Origin: Eukaryota sp. TZLM1-RC
Taxonomy: Eukaryota; Protista; Metamonada: BaSk clade
DNA: 64,000 bases
Assembly (NCBI GenBank): GCA_040285825.1
Contig: JAUPSS010000006.1
Span: 620,001-684,000, forward strand
Direction of reading: 5' to 3'
Under the pieces are notes generated by a model. That model was given only the letters and a program-made list of their open reading frames with translations, ran no database searches and was not told the origin of the DNA. Position 1 is the stretch's first letter. Each line of letters opens with the position of its first letter. The position numbers and the translations under genes are program-made. Below, in pieces: positions 46,614-60,320 of this stretch.

Positions 46614-49020
46614 TTCTGCTGAGGTGAAAAAGGAACCCTTAAATTAATTCAAAAATAAAGTTGCTGAAAACATTAAACCTACAAAGATCCAAAAACATGT
46701 AGACTATACAGACACACGTAATCAGAGCCTTCTTGAGTGTAATCAACCTCAAACAGTTAAAAACTGAATGATTGATGATAACTCAGTCGTTTATGTATAT
46801 ATGAATAGAGACTCAAAATAAAGAGAACTACTCTCAATATTTGGTAGAGACTCTCAAATTATAACTTAATTAAAGAACAGTGAAATCCAAAAAATAAACC
46901 TTGGGTAAGTGATCATGTAAGATAATAAATATATTTAAAGAGAAAACTTAAACTACATTAATATGTAAAGAAAACAACAAAAAATTTGAATCATATTTGA
47001 AAACTTTAAACTTAAATGAACCAGTATAAGATTCATGCTCAACAATATCAAAGTCAGTAATGGTAAATGATAATAAACAATTCCAAGGGCAGATGAAATG
47101 ACAACTTACAACAACATCCTCAAAATCAAAATGAGATGTAGCAAGAGTAAAAACTTTATAATTTGAATCATTTTGACCTAATATTTGAACATTGGTTAAA
47201 TTCTAAATTTTAACATCAACAGCATTTAGAATGAACCAGTACTGAAACATGAAATGAAAAATCGATGAAAATATAGAAATCCGACACGTCACCCGACCTA
47301 TTGTTCAGCGTTCGAGTCCGAGAGGGTGACTTTCCAGATATATAATCAAGGTTAAATGAAGAAAAATCTCAGATCGACGAGAAAGTCAAATAGAAACGAA
47401 AGCATAGTTTTGAGTACAATAGAGGTGATGGTTAGGCCCCAGCATCAGACTCGGCGAGTCTGATGGTACCATCACTGATGGTGATGTTACAAATGGGGAA
47501 AAGGAAGAGGACTAAATCAGATGGTAGGAAAAGGTGAAAAACACTCACAAGCAACGATAAGGAAGAGAATCAGTATACGGGATGAGAAACAGAGCAAGTA
47601 TTGAACCAAAAGGTAAAGATGGACGAATCGGTAGCGTCCACCCTGAATAGTATAGGAGGTGCATGAATAATGATCCACGGACCTAGATTCCTCATCATCA
47701 AAGAAAAGAGATATGATGATGGTAAAGAGAACAGGGTTGAGTCGATTCATACATTCATATACAATCATGTTGTTCCAATACCAAAATGTTTTTAGCAATA
47801 ACTTCATATTATTTTTAGACTTACGTTTTCAACCTTGATTATTCTGTCTATTAAGTTCAAGAATCCTGTTATTGACGTAGCATAATCTAAATAACCTAGA
47901 CGACCCTCGGATATTAGGTTCTGAATCTTCTGTCGAATCCGATCGATCGGATATTTTTACACCCTTCAGAAACTGTAAACATTACAGATATCCTTTCCAG
48001 GTATCCTCTGAAACCGTGCCAACCCAACTCTCTTCATTGTCGGTGTAGCTCTTTCAGTTCATTCCCTCTACTTTCGTATCATCCTGATAATGTGTCTCTA
48101 ATGAATCACCTCTCCTTCTTGATCATTCTCTTGATGTGTTTGTGATTTTTTTAACAAGAAAGTTACTTCATATTCACCACCATCCTTCTCCACACTGTAT
48201 TTTACTTTACTTCAAATTAATACCAGTCATTCAGTTTCCATTCCACGCCTGTATATTCCAGTAAACTTCATTATACATTTCATTGACCTTAGCTTGCTGA
48301 TTTTCATCACATTTACACCCTCTATTCCCTGATGATTACCCCATATGATTTCCCACAAAGAGTTGAACCCACAAACACTGGGATTTCTGCTGTTAATTTG
48401 TTGGAGGAGGTAATACTTGAACCTAGAACATGGTTTTGAGTAGAAATCTTTATTCTTTATTCTTATTTATTTATTATTGAACTGACTAAAATTTCTCATT
48501 AAGGATGATTTTCACTGGTTTGGGCTTTAGTTAATTACCATGTTTTTACATGTATATGATATAATTTACCATAAACCTTAAGTTTTTTGATTGAACACAA
48601 TTTAAACTTGAAATTTTCCAATGCCAAAACTTAAAGTTTAGATGATTCTGATGATGAAGTGAGTGATGAACCCTTGAGACCCTTGTTACATCTAATTTTG
48701 GCTTTGATGATGTAGTTGTTGTTGTTCGTTATTCAAATGCTATTGTAGGGTACTGTTCATCATCATTATTGTTTTCAATTTGAGAGTCTCCACCAAATAT
48801 TGAGAGTAATTCTCTTTATTTTGAGTCTCTGATCAAAAATACATAAACGACTGAGTTATCATCAATCATTCAGTTTTTAACTGTTTGAGGTTGATTACTG
48901 TCAAGAAAGATCTGATTACATGTGTCTGTATAGTCTATATGTTTTTGGATCTTTGTAGGTTTAATTCGTACATCAACTTTATTTTCGAATTAATCTGAAG
49001 TTGTTTACCTCAACAGAAAA
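46614..49020. repeat. Pair of ~245-bp inverted copies (46614-46860 and 48777-49020) of a decayed coding repeat; third diverged copy at ~40480-40670
   Basis: Shared AAAACTGAATGATTGATGATAACTCAGTCGTTTAT block; translates KRLS.HQSFSF. Confidence 0.75.
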
Positions 49021-50462
49021 TGTTAAATGTTCCACTTATTTACAGTATACTGATGTGCTATGATGCCTTATCCATATATGATAACGGTTTAAGAAAAGTA
49101 TTAAGCTAAGTTTTCTAACATCTTTCTTTCCTGCAGGGAATTCGTCAATCCAGATTGTGTAGGTGTTGACTAGTTGATTGTTGGTTGTCTTGTTAATCTC
49201 CTGTAAGATAAATCTAAAAGGGTAAACAATTGAGGGCTGCCCATGGGTTCCCGGCATTGCGGTTAACCGTCTTTTAATAAATACAAATTGTTGGATGAAT
49301 GCGTTCCAATTACCTCCGTAGATTTCCCATTAATCTCGGGTGGTTTTGTGGCTGATACGGCAGCATGAATTTCAAAAATTGTTTTATATTAGGTGCTGAA
49401 TAACAGAAATTTTCAAATCTCGTGGTCGGATGCGTTGCTATCTAAAGGTTCTTTGTGACCTCCAAGACGAGTTTTTCATTGATCCATAACTGTACCCTCA
49501 AATTTCTGCTCAGATTTTGGGGATCTATTTCATAAAACATAGAAGAGACAAAGTCGAATTCGTGTATCGGCTCCCCATATTGGGCAATCGGCTGAAAAGG
49601 TCTGATGGGTCCATCTCGGTCCCTTTTTGTTTTGGTCCAATTCGCAAAATTTACCAAAAAGTGAAAGATTTTCTTGGAATTAAATCCATCATCTAGTTTC
49701 TTTAGTTGTCTTTTCCTTTCTTCAATATTCTTGATGATCCGTCCATAAACTTTCTCTAACGTGGTGAACTTCGTCATCATCTCGTCCTAAGAATAAGGCT
49801 AATCTTTTCAACACCATCAGATTCTTAGATAGTAAACTAGGCTCTGTGGTATATCCTTGGTATTTCTCGGAAAGCATGTATTACACTGATCACCACCGGG
49901 TATTTCATTATGACAGATTTTGCATGTGGTTGAATAATTAATTTTTTTCACATTGTGAGTATTGCCGCATATTATTCAAACACTGGAATTTTTATTGTTT
50001 GTAAAATAAATCAATATACAAATAGTAATAAATAAGATTCAATTTATAAAAACAAAAACTATTACAATTAAGAATTACTAAAGTGAACTCGTTTCACTGG
50101 TGGAGGTAACGTAGTCTTTCGCATTTTCGGTAATTTAACTTTTTTGGACTGGACAGAGTTGGTGACGGAGATTTTGAATGGTTGTTCTGACGATCATTTC
50201 GATCACCATCAAGGTGATATCGAGGATGAGGATCATTCTCCAATGGTGGATCTGTATAATTTGCGAGTAACGGAAGAAAATTCTTGAGATCATGTCAATT
50301 CCCTTGACGAAACTCCGTTAAAAGATAGTGTGGAAGTAAGAATGGTGTTTCTGAAGCAACCCATACCAGCAATTCACTGATTAGTTCTTTTATATTAGAT
50401 GTGGAATTCGTCCATGTTGTTGAAAAATTGTCCCTTTAAAATTGAGTGAAATTTCTCATTTG

Positions 50463-51574
50463 TTAATAGCAAATCATTGTGCTTTTGGTCTTCGTGGCAA
50501 GAACAACAGCAATAGCTTGGATCACGTCGAATAATATCAGACAACTCTTTAGTTCCATAGGAACTAAAAATCTGGTGCATCCAGGATCTTCACACTCTGC
50601 TATCACATGGTCTGATTTCTGACAAAAAGTGCAGAGCTGGTGGCCTCCTATGTAATGCTTCTCCTTTTTGAAATTGGGGAAGTATGAATCGGACTGACTG
50701 GTTCTTTTCTTCCGAGGTGAGGTGTGAAAATCACCTGTTTCTATTATGGGTCTGAAAGCAGCTCTCCTCAATAGCTGTACCGTTTTCCTATTTTGCGCAA
50801 TTTTAATCCATGATAATAAGTCTTTTCTCACCTTTCTTGTCAATTGGGAGAAGCTCACCAGCTTGTCCTTCCAATAACTTTCTCTACAAAATTCTTCGAA
50901 CAGGGGCTCAGTGAAAGCTAAGTTGTTGATGCCTGTTTAAAAGGCATGAGCCACAGTCGACATTGGAAGAGTGAATACTGCACTCCAGTGATTCACATCT
51001 TCGATCTTCGCAGATACATCAGTGATGTATAAAGACATTCTCAGAATGTCCCCAAAGTTTTTCATATATAGCGCAAATTCCCTTTTTGTTAATTTTCCTT
51101 TAATTTTAATTTATTATTAATATCATCTAATTTTATCTCACATCCAGATTTTGTTAATTGCTCCTCAAAATCAGAAAGACTTGGTGATTGGTTATCTAAG
51201 TTCCCAATCGAATGTTGAGCGAATCTAAAGTCGAATTCTGATTCTGCATTTAACAAAGTGTGGTGTTCTTTGTCTAATCTAATGAAGAGATTATCATCCG
51301 TCTGAAGCCCAAGTGTTCTCAACATGTCTGTCCCTATTAATAATTTGTTCGAACCCGGGATTAAGGGAAGAGTATGTTTATAGTGAACTTGTTGCGCAAT
51401 GCTTCCTACGTTGAACGACAGAATACCAGTTGCACTCCCTAGCGAATTTGTGGATACGTTATTAGCTGGCAAGAACTTAATGGTATCCTTGCTATTGATT
51501 GACATGTGGCATTGTTCAGCTAAATCTGCAGTAATAACTGAACAAAACGCAGCCGAATCAATAGTTGCAATCAT
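50463..51574 (-). pseudogene. Decayed LTR retrotransposon pieces: aspartic protease (51089-51574), then a gag C-terminus with CCHC (50463-51060)
   Basis: ATIDSAAFCSVI...LLIGTDML; CTFCQKSDHVIAECEDPGC resembles element 1 CFYCKEPGHMVKDCPKPGC. Confidence 0.8.
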
Positions 51575-53925
51575 TTTAATATCATTAATTGATTTCTTTA
51601 GTCTTAGAAATGGAGAACGCTGGGATTTACTGTGTTTTTCACTAACCGTAGAATTAATATCAAAAATATTGTTGATATCAGAGCTGGTTTGGTGAATTTG
51701 TAGAGGAATTAAGAGATTTTGTTGATCTGTTGGAAAGTTGTTGACCGGGTTTCCTAAATCGATTGTTGACTGATTGTGATTAATTGCGGTGATGTGTATC
51801 CGATTAGGAAAGTTACCTGTGATGCTATTCTGGTTGCTGTTATTGATCCTTCTGTGAGAAACCGTACTCGAACGGGTCGGTGGCTAACATTAACTCTGGC
51901 TGAGGACCTAAAGAGTAAGTGAAAGTGAGCATCACCTTCTTTGTGGTATTCCTTTGCAATAACAGCAGCCTATGGTTAATATAAGAAACGATCATACCTG
52001 GATCGACCAATTTTTTCCTAATTGCAAGTTCAAGAGTTGATTAAAAATCATCTCCCTAGTAACAAAAGATGCAACATGTGTAAATGTTACAAAAAAAATC
52101 TTGGCATATAAACGAGTAACACCATCCCAGGTGGGATATTGGACGGGCTCTTCTGGATCAACAACCTTTTTCTTTGTTTCTTCTTTTCTGAAAAATCTGA
52201 TTGATTTAGTGGACGTCTTTAGACGACCATCAGCGTCTTTCTTTGGAAGAATCAATCGGCCAGTTGTCTTGTTCTTTTTCTTGATGGGCACAGGGGTGAC
52301 ACAATCAGCATCTGGGGTAGTCATGAGTTGAGAGGAGGCGGTCGATGGAGTAGGAGTCATGGATGCAGAGACCTCCGTTGGATATCTAAGATTATAAAGA
52401 ATGGAAATGGACGACATACTGATCAATTTAGGAGTATTGATCTTGGTCAACAGTGTTGGTAGCTATGGTTAGTGTATGGAGTATACATACCAATCAGAGG
52501 TTGAGACATGTTTTCGATTGATAAGAGGAATTTTCAATCGCAGGCAATTTAAAGAGTTTGAAAATTTATTCAAATTGGACTAGGACAAATTTTAACTTGA
52601 TTTTCTTTTGCCTGCAGAATGACCATTCACGTAGAAACATGTCAAGACAAAGACACCTAGAAAGTTCTGGTGCAGAGTATTTGGTGATTGACCAGGGATC
52701 TTTGATACAATATCTTGATATTCCTTTAGGAATGGCTTTTGTACTTCAGGGTTCCATATGGCCAATATAATCTTTGTATTGGATAAATGTGGCCCATTGA
52801 CACAGGCATGGTAATTGTGGACCTCCTCGGGAGCTAAAGTTAGTGTGGAAAAGGACAAACCACCTTCAACCATGACTGAACTGGCATTACAATCAGAGAT
52901 TATCTGAATGTCAATCCAGCCATGGTAAATGCCAAAGGTCACACCTAATGAGCGATAAGCTAATTTTGTCCACCTTCAATGACTTTTTAGCTTCTGAGAT
53001 CATTGTTTTCATGGTATATGTTTTTGCTTCCGGAAAGCTGTTTTTTTGAACAAATTGATTTTTTATTTTTTATTTTATTTATTTATTTATTTCCAGGAAG
53101 TTGGTACAGTTTCGGATTAGCATCCAATTCACGAAGATGTAATGAAACAGAAGAGTCCTTAACCTGAAGAATAGACAATCGATGATGAATACGAAACAGA
53201 TATTCAAAACAGCGAAAAATCATACGCCACATAATTACAAAAATCCGCATATTCAAATATTGATATTCAAAATCATAGAATTCATAAAGAACGATTTTAC
53301 TTGTGAAAAATAAATGTTATAATTCTGTTACGTGTGACAACATTCAAAATATAATTTAAAATTGAAACAAATGTGTGACAAAAATTATATTTTCAAAAAT
53401 TTCCATATACTAACCACAAACCTTAGATACATAATGAAATAACATTCATTATGAGCAACATATTTATTACTAGGGAAATCAGGGGTGAAACTTTTTATTA
53501 GTTGTAGTATGACCTACTGTACCACATATGCTACAAGGAAAAGCACCTTTCTTGCGTGAAGAACAAGATAAAAAAGGCCTGGCAGCAGAAGGTTGTTGGA
53601 GAAAAGAGGAATGTGCACTTTGGGGTAGTCAAGGGGTGATATAATTCTGAATTACATGCTTCGGTAATGTCGTTGAAGGCTGCAGTTTCCAATCTAGAAC
53701 GAGTTGCTTTGTCATCATCAGCGTAAACAGCCATAAGTTGAGACTATGGATTTTGAATCAGACGGAGAGCCACTACGGCTTGTCATAATGTGCTAGGTTG
53801 TGGTGAAAATTAATGGAGAAGATCCATAAGCTCATGTTTGCAAGGAAGATCATTGACAGGTTTTGACACCAAAGAAGATTTTTAATCTTTTGAGTGCAAA
53901 GTATCCATAAATTGAAGAAGATACA

Positions 53926-55381
53926 TTGTCTCATTGTCCACTGACCAAAAAAGATATTGGCAATAGGAAAACCGAATGGAAGAGAAAACGTAATGAAGGA
54001 CTCAGTAGTTTTAGTTGGTTAATATTACAAGTACAGGATCAACATGAATGGCTTTACAACATTGCATACGATGGCAATGGTAGCAAAAGAAATTTATTCA
54101 TAAGTCACCAAAGCGCTACTGAGCTTGCTTTTAGATACAGACAGGTAGTAGAACTCGACTGTACTTACAAAACAAATCGTTATGGTTTATCATTAGTAAT
54201 TTTTGCTGTCAGATCTTGTACAAATCATAGTATATTGGTAGCGTACTGTTTTCTCTCATCGGAGGAAAAAGGACTATTTATGGGCATTAGAAACCTTCAA
54301 GAAATTACTGTCTATTGTCAGACCTGTTGTCATGATAACTGATAGAGAACTAGCCCTCATAAGTGCAATTAAACAAGTCTTTCCTGAAATAAAACATCAA
54401 CTATGTTTTTGGCACATAAACAAAAACATTGAAGCATGAGCCCTCAAGACCTTCCACCAGTCGGAACAATTGAATGAATTTAATTCGCTATGTTACGCCA
54501 TGACTAATGCTTCTAATGAAGACAGTTTTGTCAGATCTTATGAAGCACTACAGAATTTTGTTGAAGTGTCACACTCACAAGTCTATTTTAATAAGACTTG
54601 GCTGCCTTTTAAATCGAGATTTGTAAAATATGAGGGTCAATCAAATAGTCAATTTTGGGGTCAGAACAACTTCAAGAGTTGAAAGTCTGCACAAATTCCT
54701 AAATGATCACTTGATTTACTCCACTGGTGGCTTGAGTGATGTATTCAGTAAGCTGAAAATTGTATTTACTGAACAAAATCGACTACACGAGACCGAAGCC
54801 TCATCAGAATACTTACGTGCTTAGCAGTTTTCCGAATACCTCATTTTTCGAGATTTGAACCAAAAAATCTCTGGCTATATCATGAACAAGTTGCTCAAAA
54901 TTCTTAATGAAGTCAACACTGATGAAGAAAATAGAACTTATGATGACCAAACAATATTAGCACATGGAATTCCAACCTATCGAACAATTTCCAATGCAAA
55001 AATCAACAGAGAACCATTAACAATGGAGAGTGTACATGTCCATTGGCACCTGTTTCCTGTTATGGAAGAAGTAGAACCTAGAATGTTGAAGTTGCCGAAA
55101 ATCCCGAGCAACAGAATGTTGAGGAAGAATCACAAGAGCAGTCAGAATATGATGTGGTGTTGAATGAACTGCAAATGCTTTCAGAAACCATCAAAATGAT
55201 GATTCTCCAAAAGCTGAAAGAGCTTTTAGATATTGGCTTGAAAGGTCCACAACCACCTGTTGTTGCAACAAAGCGCACTAGAGGTAGACCACCAGGATCA
55301 AAGAATAAACAAAATAAACAAAGAAGAGACCCATCGTTGTTTGAGCATGTAAGAGAGACAGTCATCAGTAGTCAACAATAA
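53926..55381 (+). pseudogene. MULE/Mutator transposase pseudogene
   Basis: LDCTYKTNRY, ITDRELAL..AI..VFP...HQLCFWH, RTTSRVESLH, TRGRPPGSKN..RRDPSLFEHV; several frameshifts. Confidence 0.9.
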
Positions 55382-56592
55382 AATGGTGTTTATTATCCAG
55401 TATCAAGAACATTTGGATGTGAATGAAGTCATCACAGAACAAGTGAGGAGATTGATTTTGTACCTAGTCAATTTTGTAACTAGTTTTCGATTTAGTCAGT
55501 TTCTTTATTTATTATTCATGCACTAAATTTCTACTAACTGGTTGTAAAAAAACTTCAACAAATTTTCTGAAAATAATTGGTGTTTCAAATACTATTTCGC
55601 ATTAATTCAGACCAGTATTTAGACCATCAGAAGCAATGATATCAACTGTGTCAATTAAATTTATAAACAGAAATGATTTACATACGATGCTCTGCATTCA
55701 AAAGTATTGCAATAGAGAAACCTAAATTGTTCTTGTTCAATATCAATGTTAAAATTGTCAATAAAACAATGACTTATTTGTGTTAAGGGTTGCCCTAATT
55801 CCCATAAGCAAACGAGCAGAAATTGATAAAATTATTAAAGAATTACCTGAAATAACACAAGAAAAATATCCTCAGGTTCTACGAAGAAAGACATGAATTC
55901 CCTTATCATGATATTCTCTTTGCATTCCTTTCTCGGTATTTGTGTTGTCTTAAACATCAGCTTAAACTAAACTTTTGTTTTGTGTAAGCCTTCAATTGTA
56001 CCGTGTTTCAGTAAAAAGTGGCTGGAGATACAGTGGGTTTTTTGAAATTTCTTCGAAAAAATCCTGATTCTATTTGTACCACTGCGTTTGTCCTTACCTG
56101 AAAATAAAAAAATATGTAAATTAACTTTATTTATAAAGTGAATTATAAGTTTCAAAGTCAAAATCCTGGGATTTCTTGTCAACAGCTGCTGTTACATTTT
56201 GTACCATCTGTTTCCATACAAACAACACATTTTCTATTCATTAAGCCTTCAAATGGTCAAATACACCAATTGCCAATGTGCTATTTGATCCTCTTCCTTG
56301 ATGATAAAGCTACATCAATTGTATCTTCGCATATTCCAGTAGCCTTTTCAGCAACAATAAATGAAGTAAAATGTTCTGTTAAGGAAGCAACAGTGAATTT
56401 TTTTTTCATTTGTCAGCATTTTGTCAGTTGTATCACGTCTTACTTTCGATTTGAGGGAATATTTAAGAATTTGATATCCCTAATACTTTGTTAGTTCAAT
56501 GGTTCCACCATTGTTATTCAATAAATGACCATAGCTGTTCTTGTAAAAAGTCTTCAGCATAAATAATGACAGTCAAACGATCTACTCTAACA

Positions 56593-58697
56593 TAGGGGTG
56601 TCCAGGTTCGGTTTTGGTTCCAAACCAAAACCACTTTTTCCGAAACCGGAAAACCGCAGCTAAAATTTTCATCAATTTTTATTTTTTTGAATTTATAAAT
56701 GATGATATTAATGATAATATCAAAATATCTCCTTTCCATATGAACAATGATCCACTTGATTTGTTTCCCAATATGGATGCATTCGATTTGTCTTCAGCCT
56801 CTCCACAACCTACCACTCTTTTCGGTAACCACAATATGACTCCTCGCTCAACAGATGTATCACTCAATTCTCCTCCAATTTCAGGCAAAAGTTGTCTATT
56901 CAAATACTTTACGAAGACAAACAGCGGTATTAGGTGCAACTTCTTAGATTGCGAAAGAAACAACACACCTTACTCAAAGAAGACCGGGAACGGCACCCTG
57001 ACTAAACACCTCCGTTCTCAACACTTAAATGAATTGGAACAATCCAAAAAAGAGCGTGGTAATCTTTATGTTTCTATTGCCAATAGGCTTGATGGACATT
57101 TCAATATGTCCACTGATAAAAGCTCCCCAGAAGTCACCAAAGAGGAAATGGAAACTATCCTGAGCCTTATCATTAATGTTATCATAGAAAACGAGTTGCC
57201 CTTCAGTTTCATTGAGAGTCCAGCATTGTTGAAACTTATTCAATATCTAAATCCCTCGGTCAAACAGTTGCAATGCAGACAAACTGTTCAACGTAGAATT
57301 GTCAATTTTGCTTCATCAATGAAGGAAAATGTTATCCAGAAGCTCAGCCAAGTGTCTAGTCAGATTTCTTTAACTTTGGATTTATGGACATCTGTTTCCC
57401 AAAGACCGTACATTGCGTCGACAGCCCATTGGATTGATTCCAACTGGGTTATGAAATCTGTCTTATTGGAGATAAAACAATTACCAAATCCACACACTGA
57501 CAAGTGTATTGCAGATTACATGTTGAAAGTCCTTTTGAATTTTGGAATTTCTGGAAAAATAATTGGTGTAACAACAGACAATGGTGCCAATGTTGTAGCT
57601 GGTATGAAGCTACTTGCCCAAGCACTTGAATTGAAAGATTCTCATATGGTTCATCGTCGTTGTTGTGCACACATTCTAAATTTGGTTGTACGTGCTGCTC
57701 ATCCGATTAAAATAGACTTGGAAATATTCACTGAAGAAGAACAGCTGATATCGATGTCGGTTTCCAAAGTCAAAAAAATTAACTACCAAGTTACATCAAT
57801 CATATGCTTTGAACGAAGATTGGAATAATTTATTTCTGCAATATAAAGGAACTAATTCTATCTGCAAAATTCCCTTAGACATTGTAACACGCTGGAATTC
57901 AACATCTTTGATGTTATCACGATATTGTGATCACATAGCTATTGTGGATGCTGTTATTGTGGCAGCTAATACTGATTTGACATCTTTAAAACTGAACGAA
58001 GAGCAAAGAATTCTGCTTTCTACTTTTAAGTTTTTGGAACCGTTTTATAAAGTGACCAAAAAACTATCAGGATTTCACTATTCAACTGAAGGCATTATGT
58101 TATTTTAATATGTCAAAATTATTTGACCATATAGACAACACTTCGAATGAAACAACAATGTCATGGTTACAAGCATTATGTGAAAAAATGCAGTCCAAGA
58201 TGGACAACTACATTGGATTTACTCAAGACAAAGTTGCTTACATTGGTCCTGTTCTAGACCCTCGTATAAAATTGACATTGATGCCTAAAAAGCTTCAATC
58301 ACGACAAGACTATCAGAAACAACTCATCTTTGAGTTAGGGTTACGAAATGTGACCTCATCTATTGTTGAAATTGATGATGATGACTTATTTGTAGAACCT
58401 CCACTGAGAAAACCAAGATTGGATACTTCCTTTGATGAAGAGCTGTCTTCTTACCCAGCAGAAAATGTAAAATCCCAATCATCTGATCCTTTGATATACT
58501 GGAAACTCAACGAAGCGAGATTTATCCATTTAGCATCGCTTGCTCGGGACGTGTTGAGTATACAAGCATCTTCGGTTCCTTGTGAACAAGTATTCTCTTC
58601 TGCAGGAAGGACGGTGTCAGAACACAGAGCGTCATTGAATGACGAAAGTGTTGAAGCTATTGTGGGTTTGAAAACGTGGACAAGGTTTTTAGAATAA
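56593..58697 (+). mobile_element. hAT (Ac-like) DNA transposon with left TIR and frameshifted transposase
   Basis: TAGGGGTG TIR and AAACCG subterminal repeats; BED finger; LTLDLWTS, VTTDNGAN, CCAHILNL, DIVTRWNST, YWK..LARDVLSIQASSVPCEQVFS; right TIR not found. Confidence 0.9.
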
Positions 58698-59790
58698 TAT
58701 ACTTGTGGTTAACTGTGATCATCCACAGTTTTTGTTATTATTTGCAAGTTTTTGATGAGTTTCTTGTTGTTGAAATAAAAAAAATATTAAATTTAATGTA
58801 ATTATCTCTACTCAAAACGCAACTTTTATTGAATATTCTTTTGATTTAATTAAAAATTGTAATATTTTTTTACGGTCAACTCAGGAATACAGTTGTTGGA
58901 TTGATGGTGTTTCATCAGTCTGTGAGGAGATACAAGGAGGGGATACAACAGTATACAGTAACGTTACTGTAGGTTAAGTGTACACACCTGATAAAGTAAA
59001 GGAAGATTTATAATAAAACTGAATCTGCGAATCTATTTCAAATACACCACAACACAACGAAGAAAGTTGAGACAGTTCTAGAGTTGGTGACTATACAATC
59101 AGATGTTGCTGCTGTCGAACAGTTGTTATGGAAGAATTTCACCAACAGTAAGTTCGTTCATAGTTTAAACTTACCTTTCGTTCTCCAATGCATAGGTCAG
59201 TTTATATCTGCTTGTAGTGATATCTTTTATTGATTTGAATATTGGTAAAAAATTTATACAAATATTGCCTAACGATATTCAAGGAATTCTTGGCACAGTG
59301 TATATGCGGACTATACAATACTCCTAATCTTTTTACCTACCAATCTGATGGTTGTCTCAAACAAGACTTCTTCTTGTTCCTGCATGTTAAGGACTCTGCT
59401 GATTCATCACATCTTCAAGTAGCTGATTACAAACAAAGATTCATAGCACCAACAGTGCTTATTGAGCATCCTAACAAGCCACCAAGATTCTATGGTTATG
59501 ATGGCTCCTAGCTATATTTAGTTTAGTATTGAATTTACAGTTATCACGTAATGCCACGTCACCATTTCTTTATCTAGATTCTTGTGAAATTCATTCTGAT
59601 TATTCCCACTACTATAATAAACTACCCGTTTCTCTGTTTCGTAGTTTGTTGAACCTGATGCATGCCTATACTAACCCAACAATTTACAAGAAACTGAATG
59701 ATCATTGCTCCAACCAATTGATCTACCACCACCATAGCTGCTTGTCCGAAACAGTACCAACCCGATCTCATTGGCAATAATAGCATTTCG

Positions 59791-59940
59791 TGTTGGCATA
59801 TGGCCATAGTAGTTAGTTTAGTGATGACGTGTTATTGATTTAATTAGATAATTGTATTTTTATCTGCTGATTTTCCTTGTTCGCATTAATAAACTCCTGT
59901 CCTCGTTTGTTATGCTTTGAGATTTACAGCCATTCAAACA
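59791..59940 (+). repeat. Possible LTR of another family
   Basis: TGTTGGC...AAACA ends; ATGACGTG and AATAAAC placed as in the other LTRs; no TSD or partner seen. Confidence 0.35.
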
Positions 59941-60123
59941 GCATTTGATTAAAGTAGTAGACATCATTGACAGTTGATAAAATACCACTTCAACTAAAAT
60001 TGATTACAATTTTCTGAACCTACTTATTTGAAATTATTGGTAGTTGTAACCCTCATCACTATATCAATGAGAAAATGGAAAAAACAATTATATCCGTGCT
60101 ACCAGTACAGAAATGTTCTCATG

Positions 60124-60320
60124 TGTTAGCCAAGACTAAACGTGACCTTCTGGATTAGGAAAGTATCACGCCAGCTTTACTTTAAACTTGTTCTTTGTTT
60201 TTAGTTTATGATTTTCTTAACTCTTTTAATAAACATCTGTTTTATTTTAGTTTATGATCAATAGTGCACGTAAGCCAACAGTAATTACTCCAGCTGTGCT
60301 CCCTTGTGCAAAGTCTTGTA
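60124..60320 (+). mobile_element. 157-bp LTR (60124-60280) related to element 1, with a deleted internal region
   Basis: TGTTAGCCA...AAGCCAACA-GTAATTACT then AVLPCAKSC; same junction as 44813. Confidence 0.85.

Noticed and set aside
47288-47330. tRNA or SINE (GTCACCC...GTTCGAGTCC...GGGTGAC)
   Set aside because: Too short for a cloverleaf, no A box, and the stem is not preserved in the paralog at ~61620.
46614-49020. DNA transposon with 245-bp TIRs
   Set aside because: A third diverged copy at ~40500 and codon-like divergence suggest tails of paralogous pseudogenes; no TSD or transposase was found.
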